Source: Chitinophagaceae bacterium
Lineage (GTDB): Bacteria; Bacteroidota; Bacteroidia; Chitinophagales; Chitinophagaceae
Assembly (NCBI GenBank): GCA_025450235.1
Contig: JANWHX010000294.1
Coordinates: forward strand, 1 to 56,113
Length of the DNA stretch: 56,113 bases
Direction of reading: 5' to 3'
The position numbers and the translations under genes were made by a program. Of the stretch, positions 1-9,232 are shown piece by piece; the first letter of the stretch is position 1, and each line of letters starts with the position of its first letter. The notes beneath the pieces are model-generated. The model did no database searches, had not been told where the DNA came from, and saw nothing but the letters and a program-made list of their open reading frames with translations.

Positions 1-2
1 AA

Positions 3-317
3 ATGATTGCGGCCAGCCTGAAAGAGTTTTTCTCTTCCAGGTTTCGCAACAGCGCAGATAAATGCCGGCTTAAGCTAAACAGGGGCATCATCCTCGGAAT
101 AACGGGAACAATTATAATGATCCTGAACACGGCCATTGGTTTTACGGGATCCCATACATTTCCTTTAATTGCTGGTCGGGTGATATTGGAACCGGCCGGC
201 TGGTTCCTGCTCTGGGCCTCCTTTGATTTCTTATTTTACAACTGGCAGGAGTTGAAAAAAGAAAGAGACTTCTTTAAAGAACTTGCCGAAATGAATATTC
301 ACTTTAAGTCATCCTGA
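3..317 (+). CDS. small hypothetical membrane protein; 5' end may lie outside the window
   Basis: The ORF is open from the window edge. It has two hydrophobic segments (GIILGITGTIIMILNTAIGF, AGWFLLWASFDFLFY). No family was recognised. Confidence 0.35.
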   Translation: MIAASLKEFFSSRFRNSADKCRLKLNRGIILGITGTIIMILNTAIGFTGSHTFPLIAGRVILEPAGWFLLWASFDFLFYNWQELKKERDFFKELAEMNIHFKSS

Positions 318-399
318 TCCGGAAGCTGACCACTATCAATGCCCGGTATGATGATAGTTCTGCATTAGGGTCCAACAATAAAATATTTTGCAGTCAGGT

Positions 400-810
400 A
401 TGTCTACTAATAAAAATATCTGTATGACCAATCCTGGTTTAAAGATCCGTCAGTTCCGCCACGAAATTGAAGCGTGGAAGAGAAGTCCTGAATTCATTAT
501 GCAGGAGAATTCAATATTGAAGAATCGCCTGGCCGAAGTTCTTAATGCCACTTCAAATCAAAGCAACTTCATTAACGAGTCTGAACAATACCAGAATTGT
601 TTTGTGCAGACAGACGAATATATCTGGCTGATAAGAAGAGAAATTGTTGAATTAGACCAATTGCTCGCGGGAAATGCATTTCCAAAAGGCAGGTCCCTGG
701 ATGATGTTATTCAAAAGCAAAAAAAACTTTCAGCCGATATGCAAAATGTGGGCAGGGAATTCAATAAATTGAAATTTGAGTTCAATAACTATCTGGGGGA
801 GGTGTTATGA
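400..810 (+). CDS. hypothetical helical protein
   Basis: The track ORF 388..810 begins at TTG and the first ATG is at 400. The stop overlaps the next gene's start (ATGA at 807-810). Confidence 0.45.
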   Translation: MSTNKNICMTNPGLKIRQFRHEIEAWKRSPEFIMQENSILKNRLAEVLNATSNQSNFINESEQYQNCFVQTDEYIWLIRREIVELDQLLAGNAFPKGRSLDDVIQKQKKLSADMQNVGREFNKLKFEFNNYLGEVL

Positions 811-2390
811 TCAGGAGAAAGATAGGCATCATAAAAATCGAGATCATTTATACGGTTTGTTTTTTTATCACGTCCGTGGCTTTAGCACAAGCAGGTCCCG
901 GTAAACTGGAAGAATTTCTTAATGACGGACCCCGACTAAGAAATATTTCGCTGCGATATTTGTCTGACGTAAATCAATTCTATAAAAAGCTGCAATATCA
1001 TCCTGTATGGACAGAAGATAATTTTTCACAACAGTATCTTTTATCGCTTCTGAAACGGTCATCCGATTATGGCTTAAATGCGGGTGATTATCAACCTGGG
1101 CGGGTAGTATCAATCGAAAATTATCATTTGTCTCCTGCAAACAGTGAAGATTCTATTATTTCAGAAATTCAATTAACAGATGCCCTGATCCACTTCCTTC
1201 ATGATATTGTGTATGGCAACACTCCGGTGCGACCCGGGTATAACGGCCTTGATTATTCTCCCGGCTGTCTCGATATTTCCAGTCTGCTTGCGGAGGCTGT
1301 TATAAATAGCCAATTGTCTTCGCTCCCGGCATCCATTGAGCAAAAAACAAATGAGTATGATTCACTCAAGAGGTTTATTTCAGGGTACAATAGGATTATT
1401 GGGACCACTAATTTCAATGAAGAGGTTGTGACTTCCGTTACTGTAAATGGGACAAATAAACCGCTTTTGACAAAACTATTTCAGCTGGGGCTCATAGATT
1501 CCGCAACTCAGAAATTAACAGATAAGGAGTTAAAAGAAAAAGTAAAAAAAGCGCAGATGTTATTCAACTTACTTGCAGACGGCATTTTGCGCAGTACAAC
1601 AATAGAGGCTTTTAATGTCCCGCTTGCAAACAGGTTGAAAGAAATAAATAATGCCATCAATGCCATTCGTTGGATGAACTGTATCAAACAATCACAAAAA
1701 GTTATAGTGGTGAATATTCCGTCAGCAAACTTGCTGGTATATGAAAATGGAACAGTGATTTTGGAATCAAGGGTCATCGTCGGCAAAAGGTCGACGCCTA
1801 CGCCCACGTTGTGTAGTAAGATCACTGAAGTTGACCTGTATCCTTATTGGATGGCGCCCTATTCAATAGCCACTAAGGAATTGCTGCCTTCTATAAAAAA
1901 AAATATCGGCTATCTTGATGCAAACGGATACCAGGTAATTAATAAGCAGGGCAGGGTCGTTAATCCTTATAAGATCGACTGGCAGGCATTAAATGCTTCA
2001 AACTTTCCATACACCATCCGCCAGTCTACCGGGTGTGATAATGCACTGGGCCTGGTAAAGCTGAATTTCTACAATCCTCATAGCGTGTATCTTCACGACA
2101 CTCCCAATAAGAGTCTTTTTAGCTTTAATAAAAGGTATTTCAGCCATGGCTGTATAAGGGTAGAAAAAGCAATGGAAAAGGCGCACCTTGTTTTAAAGAA
2201 TAATGGCATTGCTATAGACACACTCGAGGCAAAAGGATGTCTTTATAACCAGTCTCCCATCATTGTCTCCGCCGACGAGATCATTCCGGTATTTGTTTTA
2301 TACAATACTGCCTGGGTTGATTCCACAGGCAGGGTGAGCTTCTCGGAAGATATTTACAGGAAAAATCAATTTTACAAGAAGAAAAACTGA
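807..2390 (+). CDS. L,D-transpeptidase (YkuD-type catalytic domain, long YcbB-like form)
   Basis: N-terminal signal peptide. The C-terminal signature YLHDTPNKSLFSFNKRYFSHGCIRV matches the His/Cys catalytic motif (SHGCIR) of YkuD domains. Confidence 0.85.
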   Translation: MIRRKIGIIKIEIIYTVCFFITSVALAQAGPGKLEEFLNDGPRLRNISLRYLSDVNQFYKKLQYHPVWTEDNFSQQYLLSLLKRSSDYGLNAGDYQPGRVVSIENYHLSPANSEDSIISEIQLTDALIHFLHDIVYGNTPVRPGYNGLDYSPGCLDISSLLAEAVINSQLSSLPASIEQKTNEYDSLKRFISGYNRIIGTTNFNEEVVTSVTVNGTNKPLLTKLFQLGLIDSATQKLTDKELKEKVKKAQMLFNLLADGILRSTTIEAFNVPLANRLKEINNAINAIRWMNCIKQSQKVIVVNIPSANLLVYENGTVILESRVIVGKRSTPTPTLCSKITEVDLYPYWMAPYSIATKELLPSIKKNIGYLDANGYQVINKQGRVVNPYKIDWQALNASNFPYTIRQSTGCDNALGLVKLNFYNPHSVYLHDTPNKSLFSFNKRYFSHGCIRVEKAMEKAHLVLKNNGIAIDTLEAKGCLYNQSPIIVSADEIIPVFVLYNTAWVDSTGRVSFSEDIYRKNQFYKKKN

Positions 2391-2482
2391 TCATTTAATG
2401 ACAAGAGTTTGCCTCACTGTTGATCATTATCATAAATTCATTTTTTCGTCATGGCTACCTTGCTTTCATAAAAGAATTACTT

Positions 2483-3154
2483 ATGAAACAGGTATATAAG
2501 ATAGCCTTTGTTGCATTATTCTTTATTGTAGGATGCAATACTTCCAAAATAACCAGTTCATGGAAAGCCGAAAATGTTCAGCCCCGTGAATACAAAAAAA
2601 TACTGGTGCTTGGTTTGATTAATGAACCCGACAGAACCGTTCGGGAACAAATGGAAGAACACATAATGGGAGACCTCCGTGATCTTGGATATGATGCAGT
2701 TTGTTCCTGCGATGAATTTAATCCCAAAGCATTTGAAAATATGAAAGAGCAGGAAGCGTTGGCTAAACTTAATAATAGCGGAATAGATGCAGTATTGACT
2801 GTTGTATTGCTCGATATGCAAAAAGAAAGCCACTATGAACCCGGTAGAGTTTCCGGCGGAGTTTATCATGCTCCTTACGGTGATCATCCTAACAGATTTT
2901 GGGGCTACTACAACAATATGTATGGACGCGTTTATTCGAAGGGGTACTATGTTACAAATACCAAATACTTCTGGGAAAGCAATTTTTATGATCTCAGCAA
3001 TGGTACTGCACTGTTGTACTCAGTTCAAAGCCGGTCATTCGATCCTTCATCTGTAGGCAGCCTGAGCCATGAATATGGACAGATGATTGTAAAGGACATG
3101 GTAAAGAATAAAATACTTACTAACCGGAAAGAAATAGAACGAAAACCGATGTAA
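2483..3154 (+). CDS. putative lipoprotein, unknown function
   Basis: The ATG at 2483 gives MKQVYKIAFVALFFIVGC, a signal peptide with a lipobox-like Cys. The track start at 2420 is TTG and adds a non-signal extension. Confidence 0.55.
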   Translation: MKQVYKIAFVALFFIVGCNTSKITSSWKAENVQPREYKKILVLGLINEPDRTVREQMEEHIMGDLRDLGYDAVCSCDEFNPKAFENMKEQEALAKLNNSGIDAVLTVVLLDMQKESHYEPGRVSGGVYHAPYGDHPNRFWGYYNNMYGRVYSKGYYVTNTKYFWESNFYDLSNGTALLYSVQSRSFDPSSVGSLSHEYGQMIVKDMVKNKILTNRKEIERKPM

Positions 3155-3246
3155 TTGTTTGGTATTGACCCTGGTTTATTTAGTAACTAATGAAAGCATT
3201 TTGAACAATCAATAGATTTAATCTAAAGATTTTCAAAGAGACAAGG

Positions 3247-3885
3247 ATGAATAGAACAATAAATATAATGGGTTTTTGGACGGGACTTATTGCCTTTGGG
3301 GCAGCAGCAGCTTATGTTATCGTTCAGTTATTGCAGGTCGCTGGTTTCCTTTGGTTTCCAGTTGACGAGATATTAATTTATGGAACTTCTCTTTGCATTG
3401 TAATACCCTTTGTTCTTGAAATTCTTGCACTTCATTACGTAACACCTGTTGGAAAAAAGTATTGGAGCCACGCTGCTCTTATCTTTTCTGTCATTTATGC
3501 CGTATTTGTTACAGCCAATTACGTGGTCCAGTTGGCAACAGTGATTCCTATGAAGCTGAAAGGTACTTCTGACGAGGTACGGGTTCTTGAACAAACACCG
3601 CATTCTTTGTTTTGGGATTTCGATGCATTGGGATATATATTTATGGGTTTGACAACTCTGATAGCAACCCCGGTATTTGAAAAACAGGGATTTCAAAAAT
3701 GGGTTAGAATTTCTTTTTTAGCTAATGCCCTTGTTACCCCTTTAATTTCATTCGTATATTTTTATCCGGGCTATTCTGATAAACTTCTTCTGCTCGGGTT
3801 CCCCTGGGGAATTACAGCGCCATTGTCAATGCTACTACTGGCAATAATGTTTAAGAAGAATTACGAAATACAAAAATCATTTTAA
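3247..3885 (+). CDS. polytopic membrane protein, unknown function
   Basis: 212-aa ORF with about six hydrophobic helices. Confidence 0.5.
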   Translation: MNRTINIMGFWTGLIAFGAAAAYVIVQLLQVAGFLWFPVDEILIYGTSLCIVIPFVLEILALHYVTPVGKKYWSHAALIFSVIYAVFVTANYVVQLATVIPMKLKGTSDEVRVLEQTPHSLFWDFDALGYIFMGLTTLIATPVFEKQGFQKWVRISFLANALVTPLISFVYFYPGYSDKLLLLGFPWGITAPLSMLLLAIMFKKNYEIQKSF

Positions 3886-3909
3886 TGAGCAACTATCAAC
3901 TACCCGGAA

Positions 3910-4296
3910 GTGAGCGCTAAACATTTTTTGCTTTGGTTACCAATGATAGCGATTGCATTTGGAAATGCAACTTTAAGACAATTAGTTTTCATAGAGTATT
4001 TTAGTGAATTACGGGCGCATCAACTATCAACTATCACGTTAATCATCCTATGCTCAATTTATGTCATGCTTGTATTTCCATTTCTTAGTATTCAAAACGG
4101 CAAACAAGCCATCATGATTGGATGTCTGTGGGTGGGTTTAACCGTTTTATTTGAATTTTCATTAGGACGCATCGTTAACCGTTCGTGGGAAAACCTTTTG
4201 CAGGACTATAATTTAATGGAAGGACGTATTTGGTTGCTTTTTTTATTGTGCCTTTTACTTTTGCCGTTTGCGCTTTACCATATAAAGAAAGACTGA
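3910..4296 (+). CDS. small polytopic membrane protein
   Basis: 128-aa ORF with a GTG start and four hydrophobic segments. Confidence 0.45.
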   Translation: MSAKHFLLWLPMIAIAFGNATLRQLVFIEYFSELRAHQLSTITLIILCSIYVMLVFPFLSIQNGKQAIMIGCLWVGLTVLFEFSLGRIVNRSWENLLQDYNLMEGRIWLLFLLCLLLLPFALYHIKKD

Positions 4297-4441
4297 CCGG
4301 GGCAGGAGTTATTATTTGCACATGGAAAAAATGTCAGGCTTGCTTTCGATTTTCTGATTATCATATCAGGTGATGACATCCATCATTGGTTTTTTATTGA
4401 TCGCATGCTTTTCTTTGCAATGACTATCAAAAAATGAAGAA

Positions 4442-5179
4442 ATGAAACGAAAGATCTTGCTTATATGCGGTATACTGTCTTCGCTGCTATACATCGCTAT
4501 GAATGTCTTTATACCGTTGTTATATGAGGGGTATAACTCTGCCTCGCAAACAGTCAGCGAGCTTTCTGCAATTGATGCTCCAACAAGAACATTATGGGTT
4601 GTGCTCGGAACAGTTTACACATTGCTTGTGACTGCATTTGGCTGGGGTGTATGGTTGTCTGCGCGGGATAACCACTCATTGCGCGTGGTGGGAATCTTGC
4701 TGATCATTTATGGTATCGTTGGTATCTTCTGGCCATTGGGCCCTATGCACCGGCGTGAAGTGCTGGCCGGAGGGGGAGGAAACCTGAGTGATATTATGCA
4801 CATAGTTTTCACGATGATAACAGTTCCGCTTATGTTACTGGCCATGGGATTTGGAGCAGCGGCATTCGGAAAGCAATTCCGGTTCTATTCGATTGCGACT
4901 ATCCTGATCCTCTTAGTATTTGGCGTGTTAACCGGTGTTGATGCACCTGGGGTCCAGACCAATTCACCTACGCCCTTGCTGGGGGTGTGGGAACGCATCA
5001 TGATTGGTGTTTACCTTGTATGGGTAATTGTATTAGGGGTCATTCTTCTGCGGTCGGAAAAAAGACAAGGCTCAATATCTTCGCCAAATCCTCGTGAAGA
5101 TTTGCATACAGCTGAAGCAATAAACTTCAGAACGGATTGTGCTAACGACAACTTAAAAAGTATAACGTCAAATCGCTGA
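4442..5179 (+). CDS. polytopic membrane protein (DUF998-like)
   Basis: About six hydrophobic helices. The N-terminal pattern ...YEGYNSASQTVSELSAIDAPTR resembles DUF998 proteins from memory. It ends in a hydrophilic C-terminal tail. Confidence 0.5.
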   Translation: MKRKILLICGILSSLLYIAMNVFIPLLYEGYNSASQTVSELSAIDAPTRTLWVVLGTVYTLLVTAFGWGVWLSARDNHSLRVVGILLIIYGIVGIFWPLGPMHRREVLAGGGGNLSDIMHIVFTMITVPLMLLAMGFGAAAFGKQFRFYSIATILILLVFGVLTGVDAPGVQTNSPTPLLGVWERIMIGVYLVWVIVLGVILLRSEKRQGSISSPNPREDLHTAEAINFRTDCANDNLKSITSNR

Positions 5180-5330
5180 ATTGCTTTAGGATGCACCAAA
5201 CGAAAAATGCAAAACTCTGTTCACTAACCATTTGCAGAATTTTGCATCGCCTTGCAAGTTATCCAGCGGCCATCGTCCGCCGAAGCTGTATGAACGAACC
5301 GCACCTACGCTCGAGCTTCGGTGGGCGAAG

Positions 5331-5446
5331 GCGGAGACTGAGGGATGTGAACCTCATCGAAATTCTATTGTTATCCGACTGAAAATAAACCAGTTGCAAA
5401 GGACAAAAAACTTAAAGAACTTTCTGGTCTCTGAAATTACCTCTAC
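5331..5446 (-). other. degenerate copy of the ~117-nt tRNA-like element seen at 44869-44986
   Basis: Both ends align with the 44.9-kb copy. ttctggtctcYgaaattac occurs at 5422-5440 and 44962-44980. gcggag...agggat..gaacc occurs at 5331-5354 and 44870-44893. The middle is only weakly similar and the T-loop is degraded (GGTTCACATCC versus GGTTCGAATCC). Confidence 0.3.
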
Positions 5447-5524
5447 ATCAAATGACAATATAAAAGTAATTAATTCTCTCCACAGAGTGGATAGATGAAA
5501 ATAAATAGTGTCATTCCCTATTGT

Positions 5525-5632
5525 TTATACAATGCTGTCCTTAAGAATGCACAGTTTTTCCATCTTCGATTTCAATGTCGTAGGCGGAACATTCAATACC
5601 TCTGCAGCGCCGCCTAAACCATATTCTCCCAT
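5525..5632 (-). pseudogene. relic of a Fis-type HTH C-terminus (sigma-54 activator-like)
   Basis: A 35-codon ORF encodes MGEYGLGGAAEVLNVPPTTLKSKMEKLCILKDSIV. This resembles the terminal HTH of NtrC/Fis-family regulators (AA..L.i...TL..K..K.gI). An in-frame stop lies immediately upstream and no AAA+ domain is present. Confidence 0.35.
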
Positions 5633-5803
5633 TGCAATTTTTTAAAATGGCAATACATTTTGAAAGTTGTAAAAGCAGTATCTATAGATCGCACCATAAA
5701 ACGCCGGGAAGAATGACACATTTACCACATCCCACAAATATTCATCGTGTTGTTTATAATAAAGAAACTTTATCGGAAATAATTATAGGTTCGAACGGCT
5801 TAG

Positions 5804-6676
5804 TTAATAAGTGGCACGACCGCCGGACAAATCGAAAGTGAACCCGGTAGTAAAACTGTTTTCTTTAGAGACAATATAGGCCACGAGATTGGCTACCTCA
5901 TCCATTGTGCCGCATCTTTTCATCGGTATTTTGTCCGTCATGTATTTTACCTGCTTCTCAGGCAAGCCATCTACCATCGGCGTTTTGATCACCGTAGGAG
6001 CCAGCGCATTGATGGTAATTCCTGTTTCCGCATATTCTTTTCCTTGCACCTTGGTCATACCGATAACAGCTGCCTTTGAAGCGGAATAGGCAAGCATCCC
6101 TGCATTGCCTTCTTTACCGGCAATTGAAGCAAGGTATAGTATCCTACCATAATTGGCTTTTAACATGTGGGGCAGTATCGCCTTGGTCATATAAAAACTG
6201 CTCATGAAGTTCACTTCAAAAACCCTGTGGAGGTCTTCCGTGTTCACTTCGTGACTGGTGACATTGGCTACACCCGTAATGCCGGCACAATTGACCAGGA
6301 TATCAATCTTGTCAAATTCTCCTATTATCTTATTAATAGTTTTCGCGATCAACGATTCATGCGTAATATCCAGCGCAAATTTTCGCCCTTTTAATTTATA
6401 TGCTTTATACTCCTTGTTGAGTGCGGCTTCATTGATATCTATTAATGCCACACTAGCGCCTTCCTTCAACAATTTCTTGGAAATAGCCAGACCCAATCCT
6501 GATGCAGCACCGGTAACGACGGCTACCTGTCCCTCAAACCTGTTAGTTGGCGCAGATTCTTCCCGGAAAATTTCTGTGGTATACACCCGCGCATTATCTC
6601 CTTTTAACGACTGCGCATTTGCTGCATTTATTTTCCCATCATAATCTGTTTCGCCGTTTTGGTTCTTTTGTTTCAT
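5804..6676 (-). CDS. short-chain dehydrogenase/reductase (SDR)
   Basis: Contains VVTGAASGLGLA (TGxxxGxG), NCAG and the YSASK (YxxxK) catalytic motif. It is the last gene of the operon. Confidence 0.85.
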   Translation of the reverse strand: MKQKNQNGETDYDGKINAANAQSLKGDNARVYTTEIFREESAPTNRFEGQVAVVTGAASGLGLAISKKLLKEGASVALIDINEAALNKEYKAYKLKGRKFALDITHESLIAKTINKIIGEFDKIDILVNCAGITGVANVTSHEVNTEDLHRVFEVNFMSSFYMTKAILPHMLKANYGRILYLASIAGKEGNAGMLAYSASKAAVIGMTKVQGKEYAETGITINALAPTVIKTPMVDGLPEKQVKYMTDKIPMKRCGTMDEVANLVAYIVSKENSFTTGFTFDLSGGRATY

Positions 6677-6689
6677 AAACTAAGGTTTA

Positions 6690-7388
6690 TTAAAGTGATT
6701 TGTATTTATCATAAACTTCACGCAATGATTTTCCAGCAAGCAGTTCCTGTCTTGAAAGGTCTTCGCGATGTACTTTTTCCTGAACCTTCTCAAACACATC
6801 CGGTTCCAGTAACTTTGGAATAACTACGATGCCGTCAAAATCGGCATAGACTATATCACCACAATTGACCAATACTTCACCGCACCGCACCGGTACATCG
6901 CACGCGACGACGATTGCTCTTCCTTTTGAATCCAGCGGCCGGATACCAGAGTAATACACCGGGAATCCCATTTCGATGATCCGCACACAGTCACGAACCT
7001 GGCTATCGCATACACACCCTGCAACCCCTTTGCGTTTTGCAATAGTCGACATCAATTCTCCCCAGGGAGCATTGGTGCCTCCATAATCTGTTGAATGAAT
7101 AACTATGTCATTTTTTCTTAATGAATCAACGGCCTCTATCTCCAGGCCATAAGGGTCCTCTGATACATGATCCGTATCCATCCAGCGAAAGGTTCTCGCC
7201 CTGCCAATAAAACCGCAATTTTTTATGTCCGGAAGAAGAGGACGCAAACGGTGATGCATCACCTGGCACGTATGTCCCAATTCATCCAGTATATCGGATA
7301 CCGCAGCCACAAACAGGTGCTTTTTTATAAACTCAAAGAGATAGTCATCGCTTTGCATCTTAGTCATATGATCAATTTTTAGCGACAT
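6690..7388 (-). CDS. RraA-family protein (HMG/CHA-aldolase / oxaloacetate decarboxylase-like)
   Basis: The stretch ...GGTNAPWGELMSTIAKRKGVAGCVCDSQVRD...GFPVY fits the RraA-like pattern (GE...A...G..G.v.D..vRD...g.Pvf). Confidence 0.7.
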   Translation of the reverse strand: MSLKIDHMTKMQSDDYLFEFIKKHLFVAAVSDILDELGHTCQVMHHRLRPLLPDIKNCGFIGRARTFRWMDTDHVSEDPYGLEIEAVDSLRKNDIVIHSTDYGGTNAPWGELMSTIAKRKGVAGCVCDSQVRDCVRIIEMGFPVYYSGIRPLDSKGRAIVVACDVPVRCGEVLVNCGDIVYADFDGIVVIPKLLEPDVFEKVQEKVHREDLSRQELLAGKSLREVYDKYKSL

Positions 7389-8301
7389 GGTGAACCTGGC
7401 TGTTTACTAGTTTAATTATCCGCGCATTCAATTCTTTTACGTAGGCAATAGTAGATGCATCTGGTTTGTAAGTTGCCCGCCGCACCACGCTGTTATCCAG
7501 GATTCCCCTCGCAATCAGGAGTTCTTTTTCGATGTAATGAAACAATTCCATGTTTTGCAAAGCAAAAAATATTTGGGGCATCACTTTTTCAAATAAGTCA
7601 AAGGCTTTTTCATTTTCCCCATTCTTTCTCAGATCGAATATTCGCTGCAGGATATCCGAAACTGCCAGCCCGGGCATCACACCTACGATCCCAACGGGTA
7701 CTAATTCGAGCATATACAATCCGCCCCATCCTTCGAGCAACCCTACTCTTCCCCTCGTTGATTTGATGATCTCTTCAAACTTGGGGGCACACAGTGGCTC
7801 TTCCAGTTTTAAATATTTAAAATTCGGATGCTCTTCCAACAGTTCATTAATTAATCTAACGCTGATTGAAGCACCGCCGGGGTTAAAATCCTGGATTAAG
7901 ACCGGCGTGTCAGGAATAGCGTTAAAAAATCCGGAGAGATATTCTTTAATTGAAGTTTCCGGCAATCCAAAAATCCGGGGAACTGCCAGCGATATCACAT
8001 CGGCTCCGGCTTTTACATTCTCTTGCGCTAATTTGATCGCAACTTTTAAAGCAGGATGGTTAGATTGCGCCACAATCTGAATGCGCCCTGCTGACTGCTC
8101 GATCGCGATACGGACAACCTGCAGTTTTTCTTCTTCCGTTAGTTTATAAAACTCACTGGCATAGGCAGGCAAACAAACTGCGCCAATCCCATTTGAAACG
8201 GCAAAGTCAATAAGTCTTCGCAACGCTTTCTCGTCTACTTCTTCTTTTTCGTTAAATGGTGTAGGAATAATGGGTACTACACCTGATAATCCCTTTTTCA
8301 T
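7372..8301 (-). CDS. DapA/DHDPS-family class I aldolase or dehydratase
   Basis: The N-terminus GVVPIIPTPFNEKEEVDEKALRRLIDF and overall length are typical of the DHDPS/NAL family. The gene overlaps the next one by 17 nt. Confidence 0.8.
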   Translation of the reverse strand: MKKGLSGVVPIIPTPFNEKEEVDEKALRRLIDFAVSNGIGAVCLPAYASEFYKLTEEEKLQVVRIAIEQSAGRIQIVAQSNHPALKVAIKLAQENVKAGADVISLAVPRIFGLPETSIKEYLSGFFNAIPDTPVLIQDFNPGGASISVRLINELLEEHPNFKYLKLEEPLCAPKFEEIIKSTRGRVGLLEGWGGLYMLELVPVGIVGVMPGLAVSDILQRIFDLRKNGENEKAFDLFEKVMPQIFFALQNMELFHYIEKELLIARGILDNSVVRRATYKPDASTIAYVKELNARIIKLVNSQVHHVAKN

Positions 8302-8305
8302 TCTT

Positions 8306-9232
8306 TTATTGTGTAACTGCTTTAGGTGATGTATTTGTCATCCTATAATCAACTATCGTTATAATTAATGTTGAAATAAACACCAGTACCCCCCCCGCAA
8401 CCGCCTGCATATTCAATGTTTCTCCCAACCATATCGCTGCTACCGGCAATGCTAAAAAAGTAATGAGATAGTTGGACAGCGCCACTTGTATTGCATCCAG
8501 GTTTTTCAACGCCTTGAAGAAAAGGATCATCGAAAGGAAATTGTGGAATATCGTTAATAGTGATATCCCGATCCAGGTCTGTCCTGTAAAATGAGGAATA
8601 CGCGCAAAAATATCCGGCTCATAATACAACACCAGCGGCGTGAGGATAATGACCATGACGACATAAGTGTAAAAAACAAGTTCTATTTCGGTATATCTCT
8701 CAGCAATTTTCTTTATACCCACATTATAATAGGCATTACCAATTATAGCGAGAAAGATCAGCAGGTTGCCAAGGGCGTATTTTGATCCGAAATTCATTTG
8801 CTTTATATCTCCGGTGGAACAAAGAACGACGCCAATAATTGCAATAGCAAAACTGATCCATCGTATCTTATTCATTTTTTCCCGGAGAATAATAAAAGCG
8901 AAGAAGGCGGTAATTACAGGTAAACTCAATGTAATGATGGCTGCATTGCTGGCCAGCGAATATTGGGTGCCCCATGTCATCAGTACCTGGGCGGGGAAAA
9001 CTCCCAGCAAGGCGAGTTGAATAAAAATCAGGATATCCTTCAATCTCTTCCCGCTTTTTCTATAATCCTTGAGAGCAAAAGGCGCCAAAAGAACCGTGGC
9101 AAAAAGCATCGGCCCCCAGACTGTGAAATAAGGTCCCACCTGGTCCTGCGTAAGCTTTATACAGGTAAACTGCAGTGCCCACATCATATTGCAAATGACC
9201 AGCAGCGTCCAGGATAGAATTGATTTTTTCAT
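8306..9232 (-). CDS. EamA/DMT-superfamily transporter
   Basis: About ten hydrophobic helices in two homologous halves, as in EamA repeats. An ATGA overlap joins it to the upstream gene. Confidence 0.8.
   Translation of the reverse strand: MKKSILSWTLLVICNMMWALQFTCIKLTQDQVGPYFTVWGPMLFATVLLAPFALKDYRKSGKRLKDILIFIQLALLGVFPAQVLMTWGTQYSLASNAAIITLSLPVITAFFAFIILREKMNKIRWISFAIAIIGVVLCSTGDIKQMNFGSKYALGNLLIFLAIIGNAYYNVGIKKIAERYTEIELVFYTYVVMVIILTPLVLYYEPDIFARIPHFTGQTWIGISLLTIFHNFLSMILFFKALKNLDAIQVALSNYLITFLALPVAAIWLGETLNMQAVAGGVLVFISTLIITIVDYRMTNTSPKAVTQ

Noticed and set aside
2420-2482. TTG-initiated extension of the lipoprotein ORF
   Set aside because: The extension (MIIIINSFFRHGYLAFIKELL) precedes a complete ATG-initiated lipoprotein signal peptide, so the ATG at 2483 is preferred.
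5191-5841. Three small plus-strand ORFs (63, 88, 69 aa)
   Set aside because: They overlap one another or the hairpin and tRNA-like relics. Their composition is Arg/Cys/His-rich and low in complexity, and they have no start context.
7550-8080. 176-aa antisense ORF (similar cases: 21921..22646, 27112..27609, 43661..44197, 16114..16593, 6258..6644)
   Set aside because: These are shadow ORFs on the strand opposite to genes with strong family signatures. They are Ser/Pro/Leu-rich and carry no motifs.
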